Below are positions 38,659 through 48,651 of a stretch of DNA of 64,000 nucleotides, in pieces (the first letter of the stretch is position 1; every line of letters starts with the position of its first letter). The position numbers were made by a program, and so were the translations under genes. Source of the DNA: Candidatus Altiarchaeota archaeon (GTDB lineage Archaea > Altiarchaeota > Altiarchaeia > IMC4 > SCGC-AAA252-I15); assembly GCA_043804895.1 (NCBI GenBank), contig JAZDIN010000024.1:11828-75827 (forward strand), read 5' to 3'. The notes below the pieces were generated by a model. It saw nothing but the letters and a program-made list of their open reading frames with translations. It searched no databases and was not told the DNA's origin.

Positions 38659-39474
38659 ATGGATGAGACCGTAGAGTTGTTGAAGTCTAAATCAAAGGCA
38701 GTCAGGAAACACGTCCTTGAGATGACCACCAAAGCGTGCTCCGGACACCCAGGCGGCTCGCTATCAGCCCTTGACGTGATAGTAACACTGTACTTCTACA
38801 AGATGCGACACCGCTCCAGTGAACCCGACTGGCCTGAACGGGACAGGTTCATCCTCTCCAAAGGCCATGCGTCACCAGCCCTCTACAGCGTCCTTGCAGA
38901 GGCAGGATACTTCCCAAAGGAGGAGCTCGACAAGTTCAGGAACATAGACAGCTTCCTTGAGGGACACCCATCCCACAAGAGCATCCCAGGAGTCGACGTA
39001 TCAACAGGCTCCCTAGGGCAGGGATTGAGCATCGCATGCGGCATCGCATTAGCAGGGAAGATGGATAAAAAGGAATACAGGGTATACGCGGTCCTTGGGG
39101 ACGGCGAATGCCAGGAAGGCCAGATCTGGGAGGCTGCGATGGCTGCCGCACACTACGGCCTCGACAACCTGTGCGCAATCGTTGACAGAAACAGCCTCCA
39201 GATTGACGGAAGCACAGAGGAGGTGATGGCTGTGGAGCCGATAGCTGACAAGTGGGCGAGCTTCGGATGGAACGTGCTTGTGATAAACGGCCACAACCAT
39301 TCTGAGATAATGAAGGCGTTAGACGATGCCGAAGCGCTTAAAGGGGCGCCGACGGTGGTAATAGCCCACACCACAAAGGGGAAGGGTATCTCATTCATGG
39401 AGAACGTCTGCGAATACCATGGGAAACCATTGAATAAGGACCAGCTGTGTGACGCGCTGAAGGAGCTGACATGA
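38659..39474 (+). CDS. Transketolase, N-terminal subunit
   Basis: GHPGGSLS, SKGH, GDGECQEG TPP motif. Confidence 0.94.
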   Translation: MDETVELLKSKSKAVRKHVLEMTTKACSGHPGGSLSALDVIVTLYFYKMRHRSSEPDWPERDRFILSKGHASPALYSVLAEAGYFPKEELDKFRNIDSFLEGHPSHKSIPGVDVSTGSLGQGLSIACGIALAGKMDKKEYRVYAVLGDGECQEGQIWEAAMAAAHYGLDNLCAIVDRNSLQIDGSTEEVMAVEPIADKWASFGWNVLVINGHNHSEIMKALDDAEALKGAPTVVIAHTTKGKGISFMENVCEYHGKPLNKDQLCDALKELT

Positions 39475-40415
39475 GATACGACATCAAAGAGCATACAAGG
39501 GAAGCGTATGGAAGGACGCTTGTAGAGCTTGGCAGGGAGAACCCTGACATCGTAGTCGTTGACGCTGACCTAAGCACCTCAACGAACACGCACATGTTCG
39601 CCAAGGAATTCCCTGACAGGTTCTTCAACGTAGGATGCGCTGAACAGAACCTGATGGGCGTATCAGCAGGCCTGGCCATCGCAGGGAAGACCGTGTTCAC
39701 GAGCGCCTTCGCTATGTTCGGTGCAGGACGCGGGTGGGAGCAGATTAGGAACACGATAGCACACGACAGCCTCGAAGTCAAACTTGTCCTAACCCACGCA
39801 GGCATAACGGTAGGGAAAGACGGAAGCTCCCATCAGGCGATAGAGGATATCGCCCTCATGCGGGTCATACCTGGGATGAGAGTAGAGGTGCCCTCAGACG
39901 CAGCTGAAACAAGTGCGCTAGTCAGGGCGGCTGTAAAACACAAAGGCCCAGTCTACATGAGGCTCACAAGGGAAAAGAGCCCAGTCATATTCCAGGAATA
40001 CGATTTTGACACTGAAAAGCCAGTGCAATTATCAGACGGAGATGAAGCCACCATAATCGCCTGCGGATACATGGTTGCAGAGGCGATGAAAGCTGTCGAA
40101 GACCTTAAGGAGGAGGGAATGGACGTCCGCCTCATAGACATGCACACTATAAAGCCTATACATACGCAGACCATCCTGAAGGCAGCCAAGGACACTGGAG
40201 CTGTTGTGACTGTCGAGGAGCACAGCATATTAGGAGGCCTTGGAAGTGCCGTGGCGGAGGTATTGTGTGAGGGTTATCCGACTCCCATGAGGAGGGTGGG
40301 TGTGAGGGACAGGTTCGGCAAATCAGGAGACTCAAAGGACCTGATGGTAAGATACAACCTCACGCCAAACGACATAACCAGGGCGGTGAAGGAAGCAATC
40401 AAAGCGAAGAAATAG
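39471..40415 (+). CDS. Transketolase, C-terminal subunit
   Basis: DADL, AEQN, DGSSHQ, VEEH. Confidence 0.94.
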   Translation: MRYDIKEHTREAYGRTLVELGRENPDIVVVDADLSTSTNTHMFAKEFPDRFFNVGCAEQNLMGVSAGLAIAGKTVFTSAFAMFGAGRGWEQIRNTIAHDSLEVKLVLTHAGITVGKDGSSHQAIEDIALMRVIPGMRVEVPSDAAETSALVRAAVKHKGPVYMRLTREKSPVIFQEYDFDTEKPVQLSDGDEATIIACGYMVAEAMKAVEDLKEEGMDVRLIDMHTIKPIHTQTILKAAKDTGAVVTVEEHSILGGLGSAVAEVLCEGYPTPMRRVGVRDRFGKSGDSKDLMVRYNLTPNDITRAVKEAIKAKK

Positions 40416-41433
40416 CCTTAACGAACTCCTTATTCTCCTCTACAGTCCCGGCGCTGACCCTAATGTACTCCCCTTTGAATCCTTTCAGTTTCCCGAACTC
40501 CCTGACTATTATTTTCCGTTCAACCATCCTGTCGAAGAACTCCTGGGAAGTCATGGGCGTGACGTCGGCGAATATGAAGTTGCTGTCAGATGGGTAAGGC
40601 TTGAACTTTGAGGACAGAGCCTTGTAGATGGACTCCCTGCCAGCCACAATCTTATTCACGCACCATCTCATGTAACCGAGGTCATCCAACGCAGCTACAG
40701 ATGCAGCTTCAGCGAGGCTCGATAGGTTGAACGGAAGCTTCACCTTCAACATGGCCCGTACCACAATAGGGTCTGCGACCGCATAGCCTACCCTCAGACC
40801 AGCTAGTGCGAACGCCTTGCTCAAAGTCCGAAGTACGATGAGGTTAGGGTAATCCCTGACCCAGCCGACCCGGCTCTTGCCTGAGAACTCATAGTATGCC
40901 TCATCCAACACAACAACCTTCCCATCGTCAAGAACGGCCTTGACATCGCTGTCCGGGATGCTCAGCCCCGTCGGATTGTTCGGGCTGCAAAGGAATGCGA
41001 GCCTGCAATCGCCCGCCTCCTTTAGGAATCTCCTAGCATCGAAGGTGAAGTCGCCCCCGAGCTTTACTGGAACGTATTTTTCCCCCATCGCGCCCGCTGC
41101 TATCGGGTATTCCGCAAAGGACGGGTAACTGCCTGCGACCGGTCCTTCGAAGACTTTCACCAGCATGTCCATAAGCTCATCTGAGCCGTTCCCGAGTGCG
41201 ATGTTCTCCTTCCCTACGCCCGCGTATTCCGCTACCTTCCCCCTGACTTCGTCGCTCCTGTAGGGGTAAAGCTGGGTTCGCCCGCTCCACTCCCGCAGGA
41301 CCTCCACGACCTTCGGGCTTGGGCCAAAGTTGTTCTCATTGCTTGCAAGCTTGATGAATCCTTCCCTGAACTCGCCTGGAACATAGTCTGGAAGGGATAG
41401 TACATTCGGCCTGATACAGTCCTTGACGTCCAT
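40399..41433 (-). CDS. hisC: Histidinol-phosphate aminotransferase
   Basis: KLASNEN, GNGSDE, DEAY, RTLSKAFALAGLRVG. Confidence 0.93.
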   Translation of the reverse strand: MDVKDCIRPNVLSLPDYVPGEFREGFIKLASNENNFGPSPKVVEVLREWSGRTQLYPYRSDEVRGKVAEYAGVGKENIALGNGSDELMDMLVKVFEGPVAGSYPSFAEYPIAAGAMGEKYVPVKLGGDFTFDARRFLKEAGDCRLAFLCSPNNPTGLSIPDSDVKAVLDDGKVVVLDEAYYEFSGKSRVGWVRDYPNLIVLRTLSKAFALAGLRVGYAVADPIVVRAMLKVKLPFNLSSLAEAASVAALDDLGYMRWCVNKIVAGRESIYKALSSKFKPYPSDSNFIFADVTPMTSQEFFDRMVERKIIVREFGKLKGFKGEYIRVSAGTVEENKEFVKAISSL

Positions 41434-41501
41434 CCTTAATCTTATGGAGGATTTATATTAAACATCATATAATGTACCACGCTGTATGAGTTTGTGTCAA
41501 A

Positions 41502-42347
41502 ATGGCTGCTGAAGCGAACAGGGAACGTCTGACGATAACGCTGAGGAACGACCTCTTGAGGGAACTTGACGACATGGTTGACGGCATAAAGGTGAGAAAC
41601 CGCTCACACGCCATAGAAGTCCTCATATCACGCGTCCTAGAGTCGAAGAAGGTCAAACGGGCGTTCATACTCGCAGGCGGGAAGGGAACGAGGATGCGAC
41701 CGTTCACATACGAGATGCCTAAGCCGATGATACCCATAAAGGGGAGGCCTCTGATACAGCACATAATAGAGCTCTGCCGGAAGTACGAGATACGGGACAT
41801 AATACTCTCCACAGGATACCTCGGAGGGAAGATACGCGAACACTTCGGCGACGGCTCACACCTCGGCGTTGACATAAAATACGTCGAAGAGAAGGAGGAG
41901 CTCGGAACCGCAGGACCCCTGAACCTTGCAAAAAACCTGTTGAAGTGCCCGTTCCTCATGTTCAACGGAGACGTCCTGAGCGACATAGACTTGGCTGACC
42001 TCATAAGATTCCACGGCGAACAGAACGCCCTAGCGACTATAGCGCTCACACAGGTCGAAGACACGTCAGCCTTCGGGGTGGCAAGGCTTAAAGGAGATAG
42101 GATAGTCGGATTCGTGGAGAAGCCTAAAAGCAGCGAAGACAGCAGGCTCATAAATGCAGGAGTGTACGTTCTCGAACCTGAGGTCCTGAAATACGTCAAG
42201 CCAGGAAAATCGATGATAGAACGAGACGTCTTCCCGAAGCTCTCGGCAGAAGGCAAACTCTACGGATACCTTTTCGACGGACAGTGGTTCGACACCGGAA
42301 CTCCGGAAGCGTACGAGAAGGCTATCAAAAACTGGAGGGGCATCTGA
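41502..42347 (+). CDS. RHH DNA-binding domain fused to sugar-phosphate nucleotidyltransferase
   Basis: RLTITLRNDLLRELD...NRSHAIE, then LAGGKGTRMRP...PKPM, FVEKP, WFDTGT. Confidence 0.85.
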   Translation: MAAEANRERLTITLRNDLLRELDDMVDGIKVRNRSHAIEVLISRVLESKKVKRAFILAGGKGTRMRPFTYEMPKPMIPIKGRPLIQHIIELCRKYEIRDIILSTGYLGGKIREHFGDGSHLGVDIKYVEEKEELGTAGPLNLAKNLLKCPFLMFNGDVLSDIDLADLIRFHGEQNALATIALTQVEDTSAFGVARLKGDRIVGFVEKPKSSEDSRLINAGVYVLEPEVLKYVKPGKSMIERDVFPKLSAEGKLYGYLFDGQWFDTGTPEAYEKAIKNWRGI

Positions 42348-42348
42348 G

Positions 42349-43692
42349 GTGAGCATCTTCAGGGCCTATGACATAAGAGGAGTGTACGGAGTAGACCTGA
42401 CAGACGAGATAGCAAAGAACGTTGGTAAGGCATTCGGCTCCACACTTAAAGGCACGATAGCCGTAGCCCGCGACGTGAGAGTCAGCTCCCCGCCGCTCGC
42501 TAACGCTCTAATAAAAGGACTGAAATCGACTGGACTGAGAATAATCGACGTAGGAGTGGCCCCGACGCCGGTGCTTTATTTCACGATACACCACCTGAGA
42601 CTGGACGGCGGAGTAATGGTAACCGGAAGCCACAACCCGCCACAATACAACGGATTCAAACTTTGCAGAGGAACGATGACGCTCTATGGCCCAGAGATAC
42701 AGGCCATAGGGGACGCGATAAATGCTGGTGAATTCAGGACAGGCAACGGGACAGTCGAGAGTAGGGAGATAGTACACGAATACATCAAGTTCGTGAAAGA
42801 GCGAATCAAACTGAAGAGGAAGCTGAAAGTCGTAGTCGACTGCGCCAATGGGACGGCAGGGGCTGTGGCGCCGAAACTCTTGCAGCAGTTGGGATGCGAG
42901 GTGATAGAACTCTACTCAGAACCGGACGGAATGTTCCCGAACCACCCAGCCGACCCGACAGTAGACGAAAACCTAAAAGAGCTGATAAGGAAGGTGGAGG
43001 AGACGAAAGCCGACGCAGGACTAGCATACGATGGAGACGCTGACAGGGCTGGGTTCGTCGACGAGGAAGGGGGGATAATAAGGGGCGACCAGGCATTGGC
43101 GCTCTTTTCAAGGGAGATCCTTGCGAAACACCCTGGCGCGCCAGTGATATTCGAGGTGAAATGCAGCCAGGCGCTGACAGAGGACATCCTGTCGCACGGC
43201 GGAAAGCCGATAATGTACAGGACCGGGCACAGCTTCATCAAAAAGAAGATAAAGGAGGAGCACGCCCTAATCGCAGGGGAGATGAGCGGCCACTTCTTCT
43301 TCGCAGACGACTACCCAGGATACGATGACGGGATATACGCCTCCTGCAGGATGGCACAACTCCTCTCAAACGCTGGCGGAAAATTGAGCGAGGAAGTGGC
43401 GACAATACCAAAATACTATTCGACGCCGGAGATACGCTTAGACGTCCCAGAGGAGATAAAGTTCAAGCTAGTAGACGAAGTCCGAAAGGAATTCGAAGGC
43501 AAATACGACGTCATAACAGTCGACGGAGTCAGAGTACAGACACCCGACGGCTGGGGCCTGATGAGGGCGTCAAACACCCAACCTGCCGTGATACTCAGGT
43601 TCGAAGGCAAGACTGAAAAGAAGCTTGAGGGTATGAAAGCCATGTTCCGGAAGGTCCTGGACAAACACCCTCAGTTGAGGGGTAAGATTTAA
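42349..43692 (+). CDS. Phosphomannomutase/phosphoglucomutase
   Basis: FRAYDIRG, TGSHNP, DGDADR, GEMSGH, RASNT. Confidence 0.95.
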   Translation: MSIFRAYDIRGVYGVDLTDEIAKNVGKAFGSTLKGTIAVARDVRVSSPPLANALIKGLKSTGLRIIDVGVAPTPVLYFTIHHLRLDGGVMVTGSHNPPQYNGFKLCRGTMTLYGPEIQAIGDAINAGEFRTGNGTVESREIVHEYIKFVKERIKLKRKLKVVVDCANGTAGAVAPKLLQQLGCEVIELYSEPDGMFPNHPADPTVDENLKELIRKVEETKADAGLAYDGDADRAGFVDEEGGIIRGDQALALFSREILAKHPGAPVIFEVKCSQALTEDILSHGGKPIMYRTGHSFIKKKIKEEHALIAGEMSGHFFFADDYPGYDDGIYASCRMAQLLSNAGGKLSEEVATIPKYYSTPEIRLDVPEEIKFKLVDEVRKEFEGKYDVITVDGVRVQTPDGWGLMRASNTQPAVILRFEGKTEKKLEGMKAMFRKVLDKHPQLRGKI

Positions 43693-43714
43693 CCCCTGGC
43701 TACCATTCCATATA

Positions 43715-43774
43715 CCTGTGATGACTCAAGCCGGCTGAGCCAGTATGCTGTGATGAGGCTTATGAGTGCTGAGG
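43715..43774 (+). ncRNA. Box C/D sRNA, predicted guide for Cm34 of a CAU-anticodon (elongator Met) tRNA
   Basis: C box GTGATGA 43718-24, D' CTGA 43735-38, C' GTGATGA 43750-56, D CTGA 43769-72; D guide complementary to CACUCAUAAGCC. Confidence 0.88.
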
Positions 43775-43816
43775 AACATATGCAAGCCTTTTCTTTTAAT
43801 ATACCGTATATTAACT

Positions 43817-44806
43817 ATGGTTTCTCCTCAGGCATGCGGGGAAAAGCAGACCCGACTTGCCTTGATGAAGGATGAGAAACTTCTCATGGAGATTAAACCA
43901 CACTACCTCGCATTCTACGACATGTACCTCATCTGGGCGTGGATTATAATACTCAGCCTCGTGTTCATCACATTCGGCGAGGAACTGAGCCAGTTCCTAG
44001 GCAACCCGATGCTGTTCGTGACAGAACAATTCGAATCCAGGACATCAGTAAGCGACGGTAATCTGCTGAAGAACATACCCCTATTCTCAAACACCATGGG
44101 GTGGACGAACGAGTTCATAGTCCCAATCAACGACTTCATGCGCTCATACACCCCGGTAGGCCTTTGGATTAGCGTGATATTCGCGAGCGCTATGGCGATC
44201 TCGGTGTTGAAGATAGAGTGGAAATGGATCGGCCTGATGGTCGGAGTCGGCGTTGTGAGCATGCTCCTTGCATTGTACCTTGAGTTTCCTGCTGAAGCCT
44301 CATACTACTTTGGGATAGCGTTCTCCATCCTCGGGATATCTGGAGTCCAGATGTACAGGGACTGCCACAGGTTCTATATAACAGACAGGAGAATCGTGAC
44401 TGAGGTGCGCTTCACAGCCTACAAACGCAACGAACTGAGCTACGACAAGATAAACAACCTCATCCTCGAACAGGGGATACTAGGCCGCATGTTCGACTTC
44501 GGGACGATAATACCAGTCACAGCCTCAGGCCTTGGGATGGGAAGCGACTTCTCAGCAGTCACCCTCGGTGCCGCAGGCCAAGTACAAGGCGGCCCCACAG
44601 TCGGCGTCGGAGTCACCGGCGGCAGGACCGTGCAAACCCCCAGGGTGAGGAGCATGTACGGATTATACGGAGTGCAAGAGCCTGAAAAAGTCCAGCGGCT
44701 CCTCTCAGAGCACATGCACGCGTATGTGGAGGCACCCTACCTTAGGAAGATGACTGAGCAGTTGGACGAACTTAAGGACAACATGAAAAGAAGTGATTCG
44801 GAATGA
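43817..44806 (+). CDS. Membrane protein with bacterial PH-like domain
   Basis: TM helices then FYITDRRI...YDKI...QGILGRMFDFGTI. Confidence 0.75.
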   Translation: MVSPQACGEKQTRLALMKDEKLLMEIKPHYLAFYDMYLIWAWIIILSLVFITFGEELSQFLGNPMLFVTEQFESRTSVSDGNLLKNIPLFSNTMGWTNEFIVPINDFMRSYTPVGLWISVIFASAMAISVLKIEWKWIGLMVGVGVVSMLLALYLEFPAEASYYFGIAFSILGISGVQMYRDCHRFYITDRRIVTEVRFTAYKRNELSYDKINNLILEQGILGRMFDFGTIIPVTASGLGMGSDFSAVTLGAAGQVQGGPTVGVGVTGGRTVQTPRVRSMYGLYGVQEPEKVQRLLSEHMHAYVEAPYLRKMTEQLDELKDNMKRSDSE

Positions 44807-45033
44807 AGGACTGGGGTGGTATACCCTATGGGGGTAGATTCAAGCTCGGGATACTCGGAGTATTTGTGTCGCTTTTCCTGATGGTCGTCGGAATCATCCC
44901 ACCGTTCAACAGGATGCTAGTGCGTTTCCCGCTCGCATGGGTCTTGGCGTTCTTCATCCTAGTGCCCTCCCTCACAGTCTACTACGACGTGAAGGAAAAA
45001 TTCTGGGCTGAAGTAGCGAAGAGGGCTAAATAA
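44803..45033 (+). CDS. Small two-TM membrane protein
   Basis: ATGA-coupled to upstream gene; hydrophobic. Confidence 0.6.
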   Translation: MKDWGGIPYGGRFKLGILGVFVSLFLMVVGIIPPFNRMLVRFPLAWVLAFFILVPSLTVYYDVKEKFWAEVAKRAK

Positions 45034-46255
45034 TGTCTTTTGGCATCTTCTGTCTGATGTAGAGTTCGTGGATGCTCTGGCGTTCCCGTATGAGGTCAGC
45101 CCTCCCTTTGCGAACCAAAACCTCCGCTGGTAGTGGTTGGCTGTTGTAGTTTGAGGCCATGCTGAAACCGTATGCTCCGGCGTTCTCTATTACCACGGTG
45201 TCATCCACCCTTACTTCCGGAAGATTCCTGTCCTTGCCAAGTACGTCCCCTGATTCGCACAGGTGCCCTGCAACATCGTACGAGAACCCGCCGCCAGCCT
45301 TGCCGGCAACCCTGATGTTATGGTATGCGTCATACATCGCAGGCCTGATGAGGTCGTTGAATCCTGCATCGACGTTTATGAACCTCTTCTGAGGGGTCTC
45401 CTTTAGGCTGTTCACTTTCGCAAGGAGGATGCCTGCTTCGCCGACTATGAAACGGCCTGGCTCAAACCAGACGTCGGGCTTGTAACCGAGCCTGCCAACG
45501 CCGTCAGCTACTATGTTCCCGTAAGCCTTCGCGAACTCGGGTAGGGTTATCACAGCCTCGTCCTTGTACCTTATTCCCAACCCTCCGCCGAAGTCTATGA
45601 ACTCGAGCTGTATACCCAACTCACTTTTCAGCCTCACAGCGAAGTCTACCATCTTATGGGCGACCTCCGAAAAGGCGCTCGCATCCTTTATGTTGCTCCC
45701 TATATGACAGTGAATTCCTGAAACTTTCAAGCTAAGTTCAACAGCTTTCTTTACTGCCTTGAATGCTATATCCCCTTCGAAGTGCATGCCGAACTTGCTG
45801 CCCCTCAACGCTGTTGAAATCTTTTGGTGAGTGCTGGCGTTAACGTCCGGGTTCACTCGAAATGCTATCCTTGAGCCGCCCATCTTCTTGACCAACTCGA
45901 CCTCGGATATGTTGTCTGCAGTGAGGTTAACCCCTGCTGCAAGAGTGGCTCTTACATCAGCCTCGCTCTTGCTGTTGCTGGTGTAGATGATGTCCTGCGG
46001 CTTGAACCCAGACTTCAATGCCGCGTCAAGCTCCCCAACTGAAACGACATCGGCTCCGTATCCTTCTCCCTGTATTAGCTTCAACAAGGCAAGGTTCGTG
46101 TTAGCCTTAACTGCGTAACAGCACTTCACCCGGACAGGGAAACCTTCAAAGGCCTTCATAAACTGGCGGCACCTCTCCTGGATTAAATCGCCGTCGTAGA
46201 CGTAAAGGGGGGTGCCGTATTTCCCAGCCAACTTGACCAGTATACTGTCATCCAT
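45026..46255 (-). CDS. lysA: Diaminopimelate decarboxylase
   Basis: GTPLYVYD, YAVKAN, HCHIGS, EPGR, CESGD, MASNYN. Confidence 0.95.
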   Translation of the reverse strand: MDDSILVKLAGKYGTPLYVYDGDLIQERCRQFMKAFEGFPVRVKCCYAVKANTNLALLKLIQGEGYGADVVSVGELDAALKSGFKPQDIIYTSNSKSEADVRATLAAGVNLTADNISEVELVKKMGGSRIAFRVNPDVNASTHQKISTALRGSKFGMHFEGDIAFKAVKKAVELSLKVSGIHCHIGSNIKDASAFSEVAHKMVDFAVRLKSELGIQLEFIDFGGGLGIRYKDEAVITLPEFAKAYGNIVADGVGRLGYKPDVWFEPGRFIVGEAGILLAKVNSLKETPQKRFINVDAGFNDLIRPAMYDAYHNIRVAGKAGGGFSYDVAGHLCESGDVLGKDRNLPEVRVDDTVVIENAGAYGFSMASNYNSQPLPAEVLVRKGRADLIRERQSIHELYIRQKMPKDII

Positions 46256-46290
46256 TGTGGAAAAATATGCTATTCGCATGTATAAAAACA

Positions 46291-46998
46291 TCACTTGTTG
46301 ATCTTCTTCCTGGCGTGCCTGAATACGCCCATGAGGGTCTTAGCCTCCCTCCCGGAGATGAATGACCTGCCGACTATGTGTCGGAAGGTCCTTTTGGCAA
46401 GGTCCCTCTCGAAGAGGTGATCCTGAACTTCATCAACCAGTTCGTCGTAGAATTTTAGCATGTAATCCTTCTCCACCTTGCTGAGGGAGCGGAATTTCTT
46501 ACCGCCTGTCTTCTTCTTGTTAGACTCCCGACTCAACTCATATAGTATTATGCACGCAGACTGGGCGAGGTTCAACGTCGGATACTCGTGGTGCGCTGGT
46601 ATAGTCACAAGCATGTCGCAGCGTTCCAGCTCCTCGTTCAGGAGGCCGTAGTCTTCGCGGCCGAATACGATGCCTACCTTGCCTTTCGCGTCTAACGCCT
46701 TTGCGAGCTCTTCTGGGAACACTGGAGTCCTTAGGGTGTTCGCGTCTCCGCCGACTTTCGCTGTAGTTCCGACGAGGACGTCGAATTCTTCCACAACCTT
46801 TTCGAATGAGTCCACAATCCTCGCCTTCTCCATTATGTCGCGGGCGTGCATGCTGTTCTTACGAGCCTCTGGCCCCATCTTCGGCGGGTTCACGAGGACG
46901 AGCTTCCTGAACCCGAAGTTCTTCATCACCCTGGCGACGCTGCCGATGTTGCCGTCGTAGCGGGGCTCCACCAGGATGACGTGGAATATGTCCTGCAT
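46291..46998 (-). CDS. TrmJ/LasT family SPOUT RNA methyltransferase
   Basis: GNIGSVARVMKNFG, FGREDYGL, YPTLNLAQS. Confidence 0.9.
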   Translation of the reverse strand: MQDIFHVILVEPRYDGNIGSVARVMKNFGFRKLVLVNPPKMGPEARKNSMHARDIMEKARIVDSFEKVVEEFDVLVGTTAKVGGDANTLRTPVFPEELAKALDAKGKVGIVFGREDYGLLNEELERCDMLVTIPAHHEYPTLNLAQSACIILYELSRESNKKKTGGKKFRSLSKVEKDYMLKFYDELVDEVQDHLFERDLAKRTFRHIVGRSFISGREAKTLMGVFRHARKKINK

Positions 46999-47031
46999 TG
47001 CCTTAATTATGGTTGAACCAATAATTAACCG

Positions 47032-48651
47032 ATGGCAGGCGAGGAGATAGGCGCACTCACCGGGAGCGTGAAGCCTTCAGAGTTCGACCTGAAGCTCACT
47101 GACCGTAAGGTCGGGAAGGGCGCGTTCATAAAGGTCAAACACCCAGTGAATGGGTGGGTGCTGGCTAGGATAGACTCGATGAAGACGTACTTGGACGACT
47201 TCGACCAGGATGAAACCCAAGCGCACGCCCACGTCCTCGGATACTTCGAAGGCGGGCAGGTGCTGTATCCGAAGACTCCCCTGAATCCTTCAGAGAAGGT
47301 GCTTCCAGCAGACCGGAAGCTCATCAGCGACGTCCTAAGCCTGGGGCAGAAGAGGGAGGACAGCATATACCTCGGATTCCTTGAAGCCAATGACCTGCCA
47401 GTGTACCTTGACATCAAAAAGACAATAGGCAAACACATGAGCGTCCTGGCAAAGACTGGGGCGGGTAAAAGCTACGCCGTCGCCGTGATACTAGAGGAGC
47501 TTTTGAAGAACAACATACCCATAGTCATCATAGACCCGCACAGCGAATACAGCAGCCTCTGCGTAGAAAACGACGACTACGACAACATGATAAAATACGA
47601 GGTCCAGGCGAGAAGCTACGCGGACCAGGTCATCGAATACAGCACAGACGCCACAGTGAACCCGAACTCTAAGAGGTTCTTCCTGAGGGCCGGCTTCTCC
47701 ATGGAGGAGCTCTTGGATCTTATGCCAATCACGCTCACAGAGAAGGAGAAGAGCATCCTGTACACGAAACTGCAGGAGACCATACACGACTTCAGCGAAG
47801 ACTACACCCTCGCAGACCTGATGGAGAAGATTGAGGAGGAGTCGACGAAATACAAGTGGAAGGTCCTGGACGGCCTCTCAGAGCTTAAAAAAGCAGGGGT
47901 GTTCGATGGCCAGCCGACCCCCTACAGTGAGCTTGTGGCAGATGCGAGGTGCAGCATCATCAACTTGAAGGGAACTGACCCGAGGATATCGCAGCTTGTG
48001 GTGGCAAGGCTCACGAAGGAACTCTTCCACTTGAGGACTGTCGGCAAGATACCGGAACTATTCTACCTAGTGGAGGAGTCCCACAACTTCTGTCCTGAAC
48101 GCGGATTCGGGGATGTGATGAGCTCCACAATAATTCGAACGGTCGCTACCGAAGGCCGCAAATTCGGCTTCCACCTGTGCGTCGTAAGCCAAAGGCCTGC
48201 GAGGATTGACAAGAACGTCCTTTCCCAGTGTACGACGCAGATAATACTGAAGGTCACCAACCCCAACGACCTCAAAGCCATACGGCAGAGCATCGAAGGC
48301 TTCACAGCCGGGATGGAGGAGGAGATACAGCAGCTGAACGTCGGTCACGCGCTCATCGTCAGCGAAGCCCTGAAGCAGCCAATCACAGTCGACATCAGGA
48401 CGAGGGAGACGAAACACGGCGCGAAACCGAAATACGACGAAACAGGCAGGGTGAAGCAGCCTCCGAAGCCGCCTCAACAGCAGGAGAGGAAACCGAAGAA
48501 GAAGCAACACAAATCAGCGGAGAAGGGCCGCAGCCTCTGGCAGGGGATAATCGGCCTCTTCATCGAACCAGAAGAGAAAGAAACAACTAAAGAAAAAAAG
48601 ATGAAAGAGAAAATCCAAGGCCTATTCATACAACCGAAGGAAGAGGAGTGA
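47032..48651 (+). CDS. HerA-like helicase/translocase (HAS barrel plus ATPase)
   Basis: AKTGAGKS, IDPHSEY, EESHNF, EGRKFG, SQRP. Confidence 0.9.
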   Translation: MAGEEIGALTGSVKPSEFDLKLTDRKVGKGAFIKVKHPVNGWVLARIDSMKTYLDDFDQDETQAHAHVLGYFEGGQVLYPKTPLNPSEKVLPADRKLISDVLSLGQKREDSIYLGFLEANDLPVYLDIKKTIGKHMSVLAKTGAGKSYAVAVILEELLKNNIPIVIIDPHSEYSSLCVENDDYDNMIKYEVQARSYADQVIEYSTDATVNPNSKRFFLRAGFSMEELLDLMPITLTEKEKSILYTKLQETIHDFSEDYTLADLMEKIEEESTKYKWKVLDGLSELKKAGVFDGQPTPYSELVADARCSIINLKGTDPRISQLVVARLTKELFHLRTVGKIPELFYLVEESHNFCPERGFGDVMSSTIIRTVATEGRKFGFHLCVVSQRPARIDKNVLSQCTTQIILKVTNPNDLKAIRQSIEGFTAGMEEEIQQLNVGHALIVSEALKQPITVDIRTRETKHGAKPKYDETGRVKQPPKPPQQQERKPKKKQHKSAEKGRSLWQGIIGLFIEPEEKETTKEKKMKEKIQGLFIQPKEEE

